Translations under genes and position numbers: made by a program | Notes under the pieces: model-generated | The model's database searches: none | Told to the model about the DNA's origin: nothing | What the model saw: the letters and a program-made list of their open reading frames with translations, nothing else | In this document: in pieces, positions 62,232-64,000 of the stretch | How the letters are laid out: every line of letters starts with the position of its first letter | How positions within the stretch are numbered: the stretch's first letter is position 1 | From: Octopus sinensis | Lineage: Eukaryota | DNA length: 64,000 bases | Reading direction: 5' to 3' | Assembly: GCF_006345805.1 (NCBI RefSeq) | Contig: NC_043000.1 | Span: forward strand, 140,616,001 to 140,680,000

Positions 62232-62612
62232 GGAAGCAATCCCTCAGTTACGACGATGAGGGTTCCGGTTGATCCGAATCAATGGAACAGCCTGCTTGTG
62301 AAATTAATGTGTAAGTGGCTGAGCACTCCACAGACACGTGCACCCTTAACGTAGTTCTCGGGGATATTCAGCTTGACACAGAGAGTGACAAGGCCGGCCC
62401 CTTGAAATACAGGTACAACAGAAACAGGAAGTAAGAGTGAGAGAAAGTTGTGGTGAAAGAGTACAGCAGGGATCACCACCATCCCCTGCCGGAGCCTCGT
62501 GGAGCTTTAGGTGTTTTCGCTCAATAAACACTCACAACGCCCGGTCTGGGAATCGAAACCGTGATCCTACGACCATGAGTCCCTGCCCTAACCACTGGGC
62601 CATTGCGCCTCC
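62232..62612 (-). mobile_element. Family D SINE
   Basis: Full length. Confidence 0.9.
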
Positions 62613-63082
62613 CCCCACCACACATACACTATGGTAGAAACAAAATTCAAAATAATGATTAAGGACATGTATATCAATTAGCAGAAGAAAAAGAACATAA
62701 AATAAAATAGAAAATAAAAAACAGACATAAATTCATTTCCTTAGCTAACTTTTTATCAAGAATCAATACAATTTTGACACTCGTTATCACTCATCTGAAA
62801 TGCACCTGGGTAAAAATAAAACAAAATGAAGTCAAGTCATCAGAGTGGAAACGCAAAGGATAGAGACATTAGTCTTTTATGAAAAACATAAATAAGCAGC
62901 TACAAAGGATTTGTCTTGCAACCTGAGACAAACTGTGAAGACGATGGTGTTGAGGGGAATTAGAGAAAAACTTTTATTTAACTACAACTTGAACAAAAAG
63001 AAATAATGGAAACAATCAGTGAGTGAGAAGGTTGTTCAACAAAAGGATGATAAAAATAAAATGGTGGAGATCAGAAGTAACA

Positions 63083-63241
63083 GGTGGCATGCTGTGTGGT
63101 AAGTAGCTTGCTAACCAACCACATGGTTCCGGGTTCAGTCCCACTGCGTGGCATCTTGGGCAAGTGTCTTCTGCTATAGCCCCGGACCGACCAATGCCTT
63201 GTGAGTGGATTTGGTAGACGGAAACTGAAAGAAGCCTGTCG

Positions 63242-63273
<32 letters not shown>

Positions 63274-63485
63274 GGTTTGTGTGTCTGTGTTTGTCCCCCC
63301 CAGCATCGCTTGACAACCGATGCTGGTGTGTTTACGTCCCCGTCACTTAGCGGTTTGGCAAAAGAGACCAATAGAATAAGTACTGGGCTTACAAAGAATT
63401 TAGTCCCGGGGTCGATTTGCTTGACTAAAGGCAGTGCTCCAGCATGGCCACAGTCAAATGACTGAAACAAGTAAAAGAGTAAGAG
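63083..63485 (+). mobile_element. Family A SINE, young subfamily
   Basis: Near full length. Confidence 0.9.
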
Positions 63486-63568
63486 GAAAAGAAAGTATGA
63501 AGGAGAGTGAGAAAAAGAAAGCATAAGTCACAATGAAGGGAACAAATTCTGTTCTGATGAAAATATGA

Positions 63569-63991
63569 CTCTCTTTCTCTTTTACTCTTTTACTTGTTTC
63601 AGTCATTTGACTGTGGCCATGCTGGAGCACCGCCTTTAGTCAAGCAAATCGACCCCGGGACTTATTCTTTGTAAGCCCAGTACTTATTCTATCGGTCTCT
63701 TTTGCCGAAACGCTAAGTAATGGGGTCGTAAACACACCAGCATCGGTTGTCAAGCAATGCTAGGGGGACAAACACAGACACACAAACATTACACACACAC
63801 TTATATATATATATATACATATATACGACAGGCTTCTTTCAGTTTCCATCTACCAAATCCACTCACAAGGCATTGGTCGGCCCGGGGCTATAGCAGAAGA
63901 CACTTGCCCAAGATGCCACGCAGTGGGACTGAACCCAGAACCATGTGGTTGGTTAGCAAGCTACTTACCACACAGCCACTCCTGCGCCTAT
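63569..63991 (-). mobile_element. Family A SINE, young subfamily
   Basis: Full length; tail-to-tail with the preceding copy. Confidence 0.9.
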
Positions 63992-64000
63992 ACTGCGCCT

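Noticed and set aside
7205-63524. Recurrent ORFs such as MLAWVGRFN..., MPKVPRSGTEPGTMW..., MVVIPAVLFHH..., MSITSTPVHNW...
   Set aside because: They are translations of SINE families A-D and recur wherever the repeat does; no domain content

Overview
AT-rich eukaryotic DNA that is dominated by repeats. The SINE families, (TA)n/(CA)n/(ATC)n microsatellites and LINE types match what I recall of an octopus (coleoid cephalopod) genome; this assignment is inference from memory, not a database result. No host protein-coding gene can be supported, so the window looks intergenic or deep-intronic, with a few orphan micro-exon candidates. Nearly all ORFs in the supplied track come from SINEs or microsatellites. 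Contents: about 50 copies of at least six short interspersed families (my working labels A-H), a young CR1-group LINE RT segment (615 codons, one stop), two Penelope-like element (PLE) remnants, a decayed but apparently full-length hAT (Charlie/Buster-type) transposon, mariner pieces including a MITE with both TIRs, a non-autonomous Helitron and RTE-derived pieces. The most notable signal is a set of short (TA)n-anchored elements carrying type I hammerhead ribozymes whose stem III is a minimal palindrome (ATAT, GATC, CATG, ACGT-type). One (8161-8246) is fully canonical. Twice in the window, two different ribozyme-bearing elements converge tail-to-tail on one (TA)n tract. One ribozyme sits inside a ~120-bp-arm inverted repeat, and one ribozyme-bearing segment is fused to the 3' end of the LINE. 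Repeat boundaries were read by eye and are approximate (about +/-10-20 nt).
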